DNA of 64,000 nt from Phoronis australis (GCA_002633005.1 NMRA01000065.1:545985-609984), one strand, 5' to 3'. Counted from the stretch's first letter, positions 13,176 to 25,700 are shown. Translations and numbers: made by a program. The notes: generated from the sequence alone by a model not told the origin.

Positions 13176-13748
13176 AGGAGCTAAGAAACATTCAGTTCGT
13201 TCCCTTCCTTCTATTTTCTGCTTTTTGGGATACTGAATTTACGGTTGTGATATATACAGTGCTAGAAGTGAAAGTTTAATGATGCTGGCAACTAGTCAAT
13301 CATGAAAATAACTGAGGTAGATGGTATTTATTCAATAAGGGGGTAAAATCATAAAACTTTGGCAGGCACGCTGTTGGTTTTAGAGGTTCATAATAATTCT
13401 GTAACTGAGTGAAGAGTCGACATTCAGGACTGGAGAACATATGAACCATAAAGCGAAAGAAAAATGGATAATCGAAAAGAGATGGACTCGAATAGTAATG
13501 CTTAGTTTTGCTGAGCACTTAGACAAAATGAAATTTCAGTTGTTGGCCATACTGTGCTGAAGTGAAGAGCATTTTGTTTATCCATTTCAGTTAAATAGGA
13601 TTACTGTAACAAGGTGTTTAGATAAATCGGTATTCAGGTTATCAAAACTTTTTTTATTTCGGGTAGGATGCTGGCTTGCAGAGATATTTTTTGAACTTTG
13701 TGTTTGTCATTAAAGTTGGGCTCAAAATGTGTGTTTCCTTGTCAACTC

Positions 13749-14150
13749 ATGGAAGACACTGAACCGTTTGTATGCAAGCTGTTGACGGCGACTCATCAAA
13801 AGTTAACATAGCACCTTACCACATATTCAGGTTGAAATCTGTGATGGAATCATCACTGCCTCCTAATCATGATTGTTTGCTGTTACATGCCAAAAGAGCA
13901 AACTACCATTCACAAACGAGCCTTGCAACAGAATGTTAGTGCACCATCTCCAGTTGGTAATGAGTGGCTTTTGAAGCGGGGTAGTCTGAAGCTCCACTAG
14001 ATGGCTCTGCCTTTAGCCCCAGAAAATGCCATGAAAAAAGTTAATGGCAAGTGTAAAAAAGTGGATGTTGTATAAAATGTCCTCTTGTTTGAAGTGGGGT
14101 ATGCCATGTTCTAAGTTGTGTGACTGTCCAGACCTGTGTGAACACGGTGT
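13749..14150 (+). mobile_element. Academ-type transposase C-terminal remnant (XPG-like end plus Cys-rich CXC domain)
   Basis: 'EPFVCKL', 'SLPPNHDCLLLHAKRANY', 'APSPVGNEW', 'LAPENAM...KCKK', 'SCLKWGMPCSKLCDCPDLCEH', with stops and frameshifts. Confidence 0.6.
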
Positions 14151-15899
14151 CTCAGTCAAAAACAACTTTTGATGACAATAATGATAATGGAGTGGATGAA
14201 GAAACATAATAAGTGTATGATATGTTGTTAAAGAACTTTTCATTTTTAACCTAATGGAAAATATTGACAACATTTTATCATGCTGGTGACTGTTGGGACA
14301 GTAGGGTGCATCATTTCCTGTGACCAATGAACTGCAATGTGGATAATGATAATTAATTGTGACAATTAATAAAAGCGATAAGAGTGAATTCCTTGCAGAA
14401 GCGTTGGAATTGTATGTTGTTCATATGTGGGCTGTGATATCAAATCTTGATCAAGTTCCAAATGGTTAACCGTATTGTTCTTTTGGTAGGAGTTCAGAAT
14501 ATAATAGTATGTTTTCTGGCCAACAGGAGGCGCTACTAGTTTTTTCTTTTTCTCTTTTTGAACAATTTTTCAAATAATGTCACGATATTTATCACTTTTC
14601 TTGTCTGGTAACTTCAAATTAATAAAACCCAATCAAATTATGCGTCTCCTTCATTAGCCGGCTGACAAGCGTTCGAATTTACCGCCATCAGACAACGGAA
14701 ACTGCATTAGTTATCAACCCAAAGTGGTTGTTTCAAAAATAAGCTTTATTTTCATCACAAACACATTTTCAAGTCAAAAATAAATCGTCATTTCTTCAAT
14801 ATGAGGATGCAAATGAGGTCGTCCCTAAATTAGTCCACCCCCTCTTTATTTTCCCACCCAACTGCACCTCGAACGATGCTCAGGCCCCAAGGCTGATGAT
14901 TACCCCCCTTGCCCCCCGGCTGGGTGTCCCTCGAAACCGATGTTCCCGAAGCCTGATAACTCAATTTCTGCGCCACTTGCTGTATATCAAGTGCTTTAGC
15001 CCACGCTCAACTAAAAACGACATTTTTCAGGGGATTTAAAATGAATGGCAATCTGGGGAAACCTTTCAATCAACGGGGGAGGAGGAGAGAGGTTGGGGCA
15101 AACACAAAATTGAAATGAGCTTTGGCCCGCGGGGAAGAGATGCTCCCTTGGCTTCTCTAAGTTTATTAGTCTTAAATGACAATAACAGGGTCCCGGATAG
15201 AAATCTCTTTTGCCCTGGAGGTAGGAAGACGAGTTGTTACAGGCCTAATCGGGATTTGTCCTAGGAATGATGTCAGAAAATATCGCATCCACGGATACTT
15301 TCAAGTTTACCTAACTTTATGCTGTCGGAGTTGCAGCCCACAGTGCGTAAGTAAAACTTCGCTAGCGCTGGAAGGTTAAAAATAAAGATAATACTTTCGA
15401 GAAAAATTTGCTCAGTTGCTTTTTAATTGGGGAACTTAGAATTCCAAATTATACGCATGCATACAAGATTAAGCCGTGTGGACCAAATGGAGTTCGCTGA
15501 TTACGCAACCGGAGCATTCACCATTGCATTCAGTTGTAAATTTTGCCATGATTCTACTTAACCTAATTAGCGCAGGTTATCGTTATAATAAAAATCAACA
15601 AAAGCAACTCAAAATGCGTTTCAGAGTAAGTGAAATATGTCAAAATAAAAAAAACGAAAAATAATATTCCCCTTGAAACAGAAGTCAACTCGTATGCTTG
15701 TTAATACTGAAAAGGAAATTTCATGATAGCAATTCTTGCACCCGCGTTTTAAGGAGAACTCGAAACAAATCGCAGTATCAAAGTGAAGCTACGAATTGCC
15801 ATTTTACAAAAACTCTGATATTTCAACAAGACAAAGTTGCGTTTTAACGGAATTTTCAAACCTCGGAGTAATTTCTGATTCTAGTCAACTTGTAGAACC

Positions 15900-15991
15900 C
15901 ACAGGCGTCCTCAGCTTCTGATCGTCCCCAATACACTACATAATACTACATGTAGTGTATTGGGGACGATCAGAAGCTGAGGACGCCTGTG
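15900..15991. mobile_element. 92-bp perfect-hairpin MITE, hAT-like, with 8-bp TSD
   Basis: 42-bp perfect inverted arms (CACAGGCGTCCTCAGCTTCTGATCGTCCCCAATACACTACAT), 8-nt loop, CA..TG termini, TSD GTAGAACC at 15892-15899 and 15992-15999. Confidence 0.85.
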
Positions 15992-16259
15992 GTAGAACCA
16001 CTTGTGTGACACAGAAATATCATGTTCTGAGCGATGTCTTACTCCTGTCCTTTCTCTGCTAAAATGTCGGTTATGGTTTGGTTTATTTTTCCAGTAGAAC
16101 AAAGTTATCTACACCGTAGTTCTTTGTCTCAAAAAAACCGAAGAAGTAACCGAGCAAGAAACTGGAAGGAGCTCCGGCTGCCCGCCGTGACAGGGTCACA
16201 GAATAAAAACTTCGTTCCTCGCCGCCAGGTGTTGCTATTTGGTATGACTTTGGGTTCTC

Positions 16260-16571
16260 CGTCAGACGTCAGTAGTGACGCTTTGTTTGGGTCGTAAATT
16301 GTGTCCCGAGCTTCCCTCGTGATTATCTTAGTGTTATCTCGAGATATTATCCAATGCATATGGGATTATTGTGCCTAGGGGACGATATGATATCATCACA
16401 TGACCTGGTGACAAAGCTGGGTCACTTCTCAGTGCAAATGATTGAAGCGATCGGATAGCCGTAATCCGCCCCTAATTAGAATTCAGTCGGCCGGGCGCTA
16501 TTGCGATTATTGCGTTTGGTTCGACACTTCCTGGGATCATTTGACAGGCTGTCTTACGACGCCGTCTTGAA
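16260..16571 (+). promoter_or_regulatory. Putative proximal promoter/5' UTR of SLC49A4
   Basis: CpG-richer stretch with M-box TCACATGA (16396-16403), GC-box CCGCCC (about 16466), ETS-like CACTTCCTG (16525-16533) and CRE-like GACGTCA (about 16265). Motif matches only. Confidence 0.4.
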
Positions 16572-16770
16572 ATGAGCGACCGCGAGTCAGAGTCACTCGT
16601 CAACGTTTGTGAATCGGATAGGGTGCAGTCAGATAGACTCTTGGGGGACGATTATGGATCAACCCGCAACAGTCACGGTGAAGGAGACATCGCCCAGGGC
16701 TGTACCAAAGTCTACACCCGACGTTGGTATATACTGTTGGTGTTTTCTCTGATGGCGTTAGCACAGGGAG
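16572..16770 (+). CDS. SLC49A4: SLC49A4 exon 1 (MSDRESESLV...LMALAQG), N-terminal tail with dileucine-like motifs
   Basis: ATG at 16572; donor G|GTATGG; 199 nt; ESESLV and QSDRLL resemble lysosomal dileucine sorting signals. Confidence 0.9.
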
Positions 16771-19700
16771 GTATGGAAACAAAGTCAGTTGGTGTCATGC
16801 AGAGTAGACCCGGTGTGCAACCTATACGGGCCTGAACATTAACCTGGCCATCTAGATTGAAAATTGAGCTCTGCAGGCTAAACACGTGCTAGTATCCTCT
16901 GGCTGGCTATACACTGCCTGCGACATACACAGGCCATGTATAATTGCATAAGAAGCCAAGGCTAGCCTGATGCCTACCAGTAGGGCCCACTATAGAAATT
17001 TTTTTTGTATGTTTTTGTCTTGAGTTCCATGGTCGTAATTGGGTTGAAAACGATCGATATAAATGAGTCAAATTTCGATCTGTCCGGAGATTGAAATTAT
17101 TTTCTATCATGGCAATTAATTATAGGTTTGGAATATAGTTCGTGTTACTATGTTTTAGGAAAAAAGAAAATATTTCAATCTAAAAACCCAAGACATCGAA
17201 GCATTGCTCAGATAATTTCCTGCAAGTATCAAACTGACAATTCAATTGACATATTTCGTGTTGTTTGAGTGACTACATTGGTCAAACCAAACAGACCTGT
17301 GACAGCTGTAGATTTTGAACCCATGCCTCTCCAAAAAATGGCTCCTTATGACCTTATACCAATGCTTTAGGCAAGTACCTTAGGCAGCTCAGCCTTGTTA
17401 CCTTACTCACATTGATACTTGAAAATTTATTACAGCAATATGGAACACATGGGGTCCACTCACACGGTCCGCTGAAGTGGTTTTTGGCTGGCATGACTCG
17501 GACATTGCACTGTTGTCGAACTGGGGACCTATAACTTATGTAGTGTCTATGGCAGGCTTTTCATGGCTCATGGATGTTAAAGGCAAGGCTTCATATTTCA
17601 ACTAATCTTTAATTAACCAAAGTAATTTGGCTTCAACCTCTTTTGAAGTGTGTACTACCGATGAGCACTGGCCGAAGCTTAGAACAGACATTACGTCAGA
17701 CATTTTATTTGAGAAGACTTATGAACTTAAGGTCATAATTAAATAAAGTGATTAACTTGTACCAGTCTTCAATCTATCATCGCACCGAAAGCTATTTAGC
17801 GCTGGTCGGCAACAACCTGCACATATCCAATCACAACAACCTGCACACATCCAATCACAACAACCTGCACACATCCAATCACAACAGCCTGCACACATCC
17901 AATCACAACAACCTGCACACACCCAATCACAACAGCCTGCACACACCCAATCACAACAGCCTGCACACACCCAATCGCAACAGCCTGCACACACCCAATC
18001 GCAACAGCCTGCACACACCCAATCACAGGAAAAACGTGACACTGTGCATTTAAACAAATATCTACACAAAACTACATTTTAATTCAGTAAAAACACATTT
18101 ATTTATTAGTATATATTTTCTTATAGCATAATACATGTAGAATTTTGGTTTAAAACCAATTTGCCATCAATTGGGTCACGTTGCCATGTCTTTTTGCTAA
18201 AATTTAGAAAAAATATGTACATTCATAGCAAAACAACAGCATCAATTACATCTATTCACCAAATTTCAAATGTTCACGAGGCAATCTAAAAATGCTTTAG
18301 TTATGCATATGACTATATCTATCCATTTATTATTGGATATTAGTATTGTGAAAATCTAGTGCCATGTACAAGTGTACATAGTTTGAAAATATAATAACAG
18401 ATTGTTGACTATCATATTTGCCTGCATGAATTGAACAGGCTTCGAACATGAATTTTACTTTATCATTATTAGTATCACTATAATTAAAATCCTGATAATG
18501 ATAATATGATAGTAATAAATAATAATGGATCATGATAATGCTAATATTTTGGAACTATGAAATAATGGTAGTAGTAATAGTAATGTATACTGATAGTAAT
18601 ACAACTTATATGGCCAACAGTTTGCATGCAGACCAGACTTAAAATGTTTGTAGTAATGTAATTTATTGTGGTTGGCATGTTAGGATGCAATGTTGCAATG
18701 AGATTTTGCCAGAAAATGGCTTATACTAGTTGTGACCACTGAACATGATACTACATGCGTTAAATCTCTTTCCAGGTCTGAGAATATCGAGTATCATCTG
18801 TTGCGGCCTCGTATTTGTAGGAGCTGGGCTGAGGTGTATAACATTCGAGCAACCCGCTGCCAGTTGGTAAAAAGGATTTTCTTAACATGTTATAGTTCCT
18901 GTATTTAGTCCAATTTTTACCCTAATGGTAAAACAGCCAGTGACCAAGTCTCGTTTTTTTTTTTCAAAAATGCTTTCAGCGAGTACACGACACAGCTAAC
19001 ATATTCTCATCACACTATGATACTGAAGCTCCATGTTCTAATATTGGATGCTGAGAGTTATTTGCAGTAAACAGGTCTAGTTGTATCACCAGACGCACTG
19101 ATTGCACCTGTAGTCTTTGAAAGGGTACTTAACTCAACTGAACAGATCTTGGCCACCGTTGATCTTGTAATAGTTAGTGTACATGAATAGCTGCACAAGG
19201 ATGATAAAAACTGTGATCATCCTCAAAACTTTCTCACAAATGCCCTCAAGAAATCTGTCAAATTGCCAGTCTTCAAGGGTTTCTTAGGTTCAAAAATTAC
19301 ACATTTCTTTCAATTGTTAAGAAATTTTGTCACCTTGGGACGAAAATAAACTAAGTTTGGCAGTGTGTTTATAACGCCTGGTCCACATTGCATTGGAGTC
19401 GTTCATAGTCGCAGGTTAAACCAGTCATTGTGTAGTGAAATGCAAGTATAGTATATTACAGTGTGCCTGAGTTCATTTGCATTTGACGTGTGTACTTGGC
19501 CCGATGTGTGTGTACTTGGCCCGATGTTTCTTCTTCCTTTTGATTTCCTCGTCTGTTCATCATGTTCTCATGTACTCACTTGCTTGATTTACGCTTTAAT
19601 GGATTTATGGTTCTGTATCATGTAGTTAGTCAGATCTGGCTAAGCTACGTAATATCATGACAAAATTCAACGCACCGTGTTTTAGCCAATCAGAGGACAG

Positions 19701-22700
19701 TCGTATATTTGAACATTTTGGCATGATGTGGACAAGGCTTTGTTTGTGTTAACGTTCCGTTACTTCTTGTATAGGCTCATACATTCCGGGCAAATGCTTA
19801 ATGGATTCGCAGGCCCTGTAGTCATGGCGGCAGTACCACTCCTGTCTTCAAGCTGGTTTCCATCGTCCCAGCGCACTACGGCTACAGCACTTTCTGCCAT
19901 GGCAAGCAATGCGGGGGTAGCTGCTTCATTTGTAATTGGTACTTAATGTTTTCTCTTTGCATGTTATGCAGGTTGTGGGTATTGATTTTCTCATGGACGT
20001 GATATCTTCTGAGAAATTACCCTCCGCACTCAAAAAACCTTAATCAGGATTAAAAAAACATGTTCGAAAGGCAATAGATCCAATAGTTTACTTTCTCCAT
20101 TTTTGAAATTAAATATTAGGTTTTATGGGTTTCTTGGTGTTGTGGAGAAAATTAATTCGTGCATCAATTTCTCGGCATCTACTGACTGTCTTAGCTGGTT
20201 GTCTTGTGGTACGTCTTCATTACTGCTCCGCTGTTTCCGTGATAAAATATATACACGTACCCATAGACGTCTATGCACGTACCATTTACTTCGTAAAGCC
20301 AGCAATAGTGTTCGTTATTTTATTGAGGTGCTGTCAGATTTTTTCCGCATGCGATACTTTCAGACAGAAAAATCATGGCATTTTCCTTTAACATCGTGCA
20401 TCAGAAGCAATGCTAAGCAACTATTTAAATGCTTCTCATAACTGAGTTGCATTTTTTCTGCTTTCCTCTTCATAAATTGTCTCTTTGGTGAGACGTTTTT
20501 GAGAAGACTCACGAAATGTCCATTTCGATGACACGTGATTTGGCAGTTCTTAGTGAGCCGACTCGTTGAAGAGGTCGTCTCCCCACCTGGTAACTGATAC
20601 ATATACTGCATGGACAGGCTTTCAAATTTTTCATTATTGGTCATTTCAGGGACACAATTTATGCATTGCACTCCTGAGTAAAGTTTTATCAAGAATTGTG
20701 ACCTTAACAAATATACAGCGTTCAGATTTCTATTTTTATGACAAGGCAGATGTGATGTCTAGTCAGAAGGCAGATTAGCAGCTTAAGGGGTTTCACACAG
20801 TTTTGATATACTGTTGAATTGTTGATTAATTTTGATCCATTGTATTTTGGTCTTTGCCTACTGCAAATCTGCACTGAATTAGTTTTTCCATTATTGCTGC
20901 ATGAGAATTAGGCACCGCAGACAAAAGTGTGAAAATCACATGGGTTGCAAAAAATCCTCCTCTTAATTAAATTGATGATTGAAATCTTTTTGAAAACAAG
21001 ACTTTTATTGCGCAATACCAATTTTATGTTCTGTCGGTTTTAATTATCTGCCATGGTAAATTCAGGAAAAGTTACAGTGTGAAGATTGAAATGGATAGCA
21101 ATTTCTTGTTTTGTTTGGATTACTATCAAGATCACCTTCAATTTGTTCCTTCTCAATAATTGATGTATGTTTGACTACATCTTGAGAGGAATTCTTACTT
21201 TTTCAATGAGCTAATTCATACTGGTCACATATTAAATTGCTTCGGAGGACCTTTATGGTTTGCTGTCTTAACAATTTTGTCGTCTTGGTGTTTTCGTCAT
21301 CTGAATGTATGGCTACAAGGGCACTCATTACCATTGCTAATGACTTGGGCCAGTTATCGTCTTCAGCTATTGACTTCCATGTTGGAGCGCTCACTCAATT
21401 ATTTTAAGCTGTTCTTATGTGTGACTGAAGGATCCTAGGTAATCTGGGCAAGCCTCGAGCTGTTTGCACGAACCACTGAATCATCTGCTCAAACGGCACC
21501 ATAGACTTCATATAAAATTTATATTCATTATTGTATAAGTAAACAAATTTAACTGCATTCGATCAGCTAGCCCCATCTTTGCAGTATTGCTTTCTGTTGA
21601 CAGTGATTATGCATGTGCAAACATAGATGTACACTCTTGCTCAAATATTTTGTAAAATGTGCACCATGTCGAACCACTAATGTCGCACTGACATGTAGGA
21701 CATTTTGACGTATGCATCTGAAATGTTATGCTCACGCACTTAAGTTCCCTGCACGTGTTAAGGTTGCTACTATATGTCATGGCAATTTTGAGACACATTT
21801 GAAGAAACGCTCCTATTTGCTTATTACAGCAGTCATACGAACAAGTAAAGCTGTTGTAAACCACCTTGTCAAATACTAACTTTGATTAAGTGGGTTTGAC
21901 ACATTTTTAATTTGCCGTTGGATTTTCACATTTTGTATTTTGATCTTTGCTTACAACAAATCTAAAAATAATGTGGACATCTGCTGCAGATGCCTAAATA
22001 GAGACACCTCAACCAAAAAGTGTCAAAAGTTTGTCTTAAATGTATTATCTTGATTACCATGTGTTTTCTACAAATTAAAAAATGAGGCAGTAACTGTCCT
22101 AGTCTGTGCAGCATTTTAGTTTACACATTGTCACAAAAGATGATGATTGCCCCGCTGCATTTCACTAGATGGCAACTGTGTGATGTTGGTGGGATTGTGA
22201 AGCAAATTTTGTTGACGTAAATAAACTAAAATAGAAAGTTTCTTAGACTCAGGTTTCTCATCTTACCTCAAATTATGTCACATAATGTGTACACCTGTGT
22301 TTAGAATGACATCATTGTGAAACTTGATGTTACACGCCAATATTGAGTAACAAAAGCTTAACAATTTCTGTTTTAAATAGAAAACAATATTCAGATATTG
22401 TACAAATCAGTCAGTCGTAAAACGACTAATTTGTGGCACTGTACCAATTCCACAAAGGCTGGTGATACTTGTAATACTTTTCCCCAACTTTTCCTCGCTT
22501 ATACATGTATTAAAAGGGATTTCTGTGCTTGGGAACGACTGACAGTTTTCGAAGTGTGATACTTCATTCAATGATTTGACTTGACTTGTCTGACCATTTA
22601 TGCGCCAAGCACTGTCTGGCAACTGTGAGACCATGTGCAGTACGTTGGCATGATCCGGCCATTTTATGCACAATCATTGCCTTAAACAATGAAGAGATTT

Positions 22701-25700
22701 TGCGTCTTCCCAAACCTACATATAACTTCGAATATTAGTTGACGGCAAGTTTAGACTAATTTTAAAAGAGGCTAAAATCAAAAAGTAATTTTTTAACGGA
22801 AAGTGGGTTCGTAGTAGCTTTAATGTGAATAGTTTCTCATTTAATTGATTCTGAACAGTTTAGTAATGGGACACAAACCTGGTTTCCTCCGAATGTGTAT
22901 ACCGGCCCTTGTCTCGACATGAAAGCACCACCTTTAGCTTAGTGCTAGAAGTACACTTCTGCTCTACCTCTACTATTTGACGCACCTGCTGCCACCATTC
23001 GAAACTTTGTGGATATTTTCATAGCCTCAACTTTTCCCTCGCAGGTGTTTGTTCTGTGCACATGTGCAAACTTCAGTCATACGGCCAAGCACTATCCATG
23101 TTGAAAGTCACATGACTTGGCTATATGCCTCAAAGCCACACATACACTATGCGTTCACCACTGGAGCATCTGGGTGTTTTCTTAGCCTCAAATTATCCCT
23201 CACATACGTTTTATGTCTGCACATTTCCAAACTTCAGTCATAAAAGAAATGAGATAATCATCAGGTCAATCATGTTACTCTCAAAATGGAGAATGTCGTC
23301 TAATGTGTCTGTGCCTGATTTATTTATTTATTGTGATACTTAAAATGCGGGTGGTCTTTTTAGTGACAGCACTGCTTTCCAAGAGGGCCCTCAACAACAA
23401 AATATAAAACAATAATATAATACAATAAAGAAGTAAAACAATGTAATAAAGATACAATTAAAACAGGTTGAGAATTAAGATAATAAATAAATGACGAAGG
23501 ATGGTGAAAATTGGATTAAGAGAGGTAAAATAAATAAAGAGATGATACTAAATAGTTTGAGTATTTATAACAATGAAAAATGACATAATTAAGACAGGTA
23601 GGGTGTAAAAATGGTTAGGTAAATTACAGCCACTTTTTAATATTAAGTTTGAAAGTATTAATTCAATTGGGCCGTTTAATTTCTGGGCTATGAGCAGTAT
23701 AGATAAAAAAGTTCTTGCCGGTCTTGGTTTTAACTTTTTTAAAAGAAACATTACCAGCAATGGAAGAACTTGTAGAGTATATAGCTTGACTGCTACTGAA
23801 TTTTCAAACCAAACTTAAAGGAAGTACGTCAGGAGGCAAACTGTATAAGGATTAACAAAGATGTCTACTGCGACTTTTGAAACCAGCTAGGCTGAAGATA
23901 TTGGTTTTTATCCATCTCAAAACCTGATCTTTGGAAGTTGGCATTTGTGCAGATATCAAATACCTTGGGAAAATTTGGATCTACGAAAATTCTCGGATGC
24001 TCCCAGGGAAAATTTTAGGCTATCAAATTATCGAATGATATTACCACCTGTACCTTACAGAGTTATCTCCTTTCCAGGCTTATTCATGTCGGCCATATCT
24101 TGAACGGCCTTGCAGGACCCGTCTCTATGGCCGGTTGCCCACTGCTGTCAACCCTATGGTTCCCCCCCAATCAACGCACTACTGCTACTTCTGTGTCCGC
24201 CGTCTTTAACTATGTTGGCATGGCCTTATCCTTTATACTAGGTAACTAAAGCTTGCATTGCTTGTTGTTGGATCATCTGACAGCATTCTGCCACCATTTG
24301 TTTCTTCTCGGGCAATTCTCTTGAAATGAGCACAATCGTTTGTGTTCAGTGCATTGCCTTTTAATTTTGGAACCCAAATCTGCTCTTTGAGAATATTCTG
24401 TCATTTTGAGTCTCAATCTGTGCAAACGTATTTTACAATATGTTTACATGTTATGTGCAATATGAAATATAAACAATTATCAGTGCTGTAAAGTTTTGTC
24501 CATATATTCTTCTGAATGTTTCCTTATTGTCACGCAAACAAACCAGCAAAGGCAAGACCCGAATGTCTTTATGATCTGTTTATGTAACTGCGTAATTCCC
24601 CATCAGTCGTTTGTGTGGCAAACATTCTTGCCATTTTTAATAAGTGAAGTTTAACTCTATTTGAATTTTAGAGTGTTGGTTGATCTTCTTAGCCTACTAT
24701 CAAACAATTGAATACCTAAATGACAGCATTAATTAATGTTAGTTTTGTGGCTATCTTTTAGATTAGATAACTATAAGCAACGCTTTTGTTAACAGTGTTT
24801 CAATGAAAGTGTTAATGGTGTTTGAAGATTTTGCATTAGAAGCCGTTCCATTTTAGGCCCACTTATGGTGCGTGAACCACCAGACTCCTCCAATTCCACC
24901 AACGCATCGATTGTTCTTGTTGGTAAGTTTCTCAAAGCAACATCCTTTCCTCTGCTTAACTTCATGTCAGGCGAATGCAACGTGAATAGTCAATTGTTAT
25001 CTTGCGCTTTGTGTACGTGTGTAAAAGCGCAAGACTCGTGTGGGACATTTGGATACCTCGGGTTCTTGCCACAAACACGCTATTTATTTTTCATGCAGAA
25101 AATATTCTTTCCTGGATTTACTTTAGAATTCAGTGTCACTTTTTATCGGTCGCTGCTGACTTTATCAAGCTTCTGTCACACTTGTTGGCATGTGTCGATG
25201 TTGAGTCAAGTAACACCAAACTGTACAATACCCCGTTCCACTTGTGTGATAGGTTGACTGGACTGTCGGTCCATGGATGTTTGATAATTTCAAAAACACT
25301 GTCTCTTTTAGTGTACGCCATGTTGAAACCATCTTCCCCTTTGCTAGAATCGGGTCAAAAGTATGACCTAATTCCTCACAGTGGATTAACACAGTGGTGT
25401 CATCAACATGAACAAATTTTGTTTAATATAATATCCAAAATGAAATCTCAAAATCCCCGCTTCTATAGTTTTCTAAATTATCTCTTCATTCTCATTTCTT
25501 GCAACTTTCTGATTTTTTTGTGAAAATCAGTAAGTCTAAGTTAGTCCAGCGTACGTGAACATATTTGAAAAAAAAATTCCAAACATCATTTTAGAGAGCA
25601 GTGCATCAAACATTCTGGGATATTCATTGGATTCTGAACGTGTTCACTTATCTCTGAGATATGGTGTTCCCAAGTTGATATTCATTGGATTCTGAATGTG

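Noticed and set aside
17748-18069. Cys-rich (CAGCCDWV)n and (NNLHTSNH)n ORFs resembling metallothionein or repeat proteins
   Set aside because: Translations of a stop-free 24-bp intronic minisatellite, open in several frames.
20150-20260. Possible exon-4 relic ('HLLTVLAG...LLLRCF')
   Set aside because: Suggestive but needs several indels; the same applies to 20594 ('LIHILHG') and about 23095-23190. Not counted without an HMM test.
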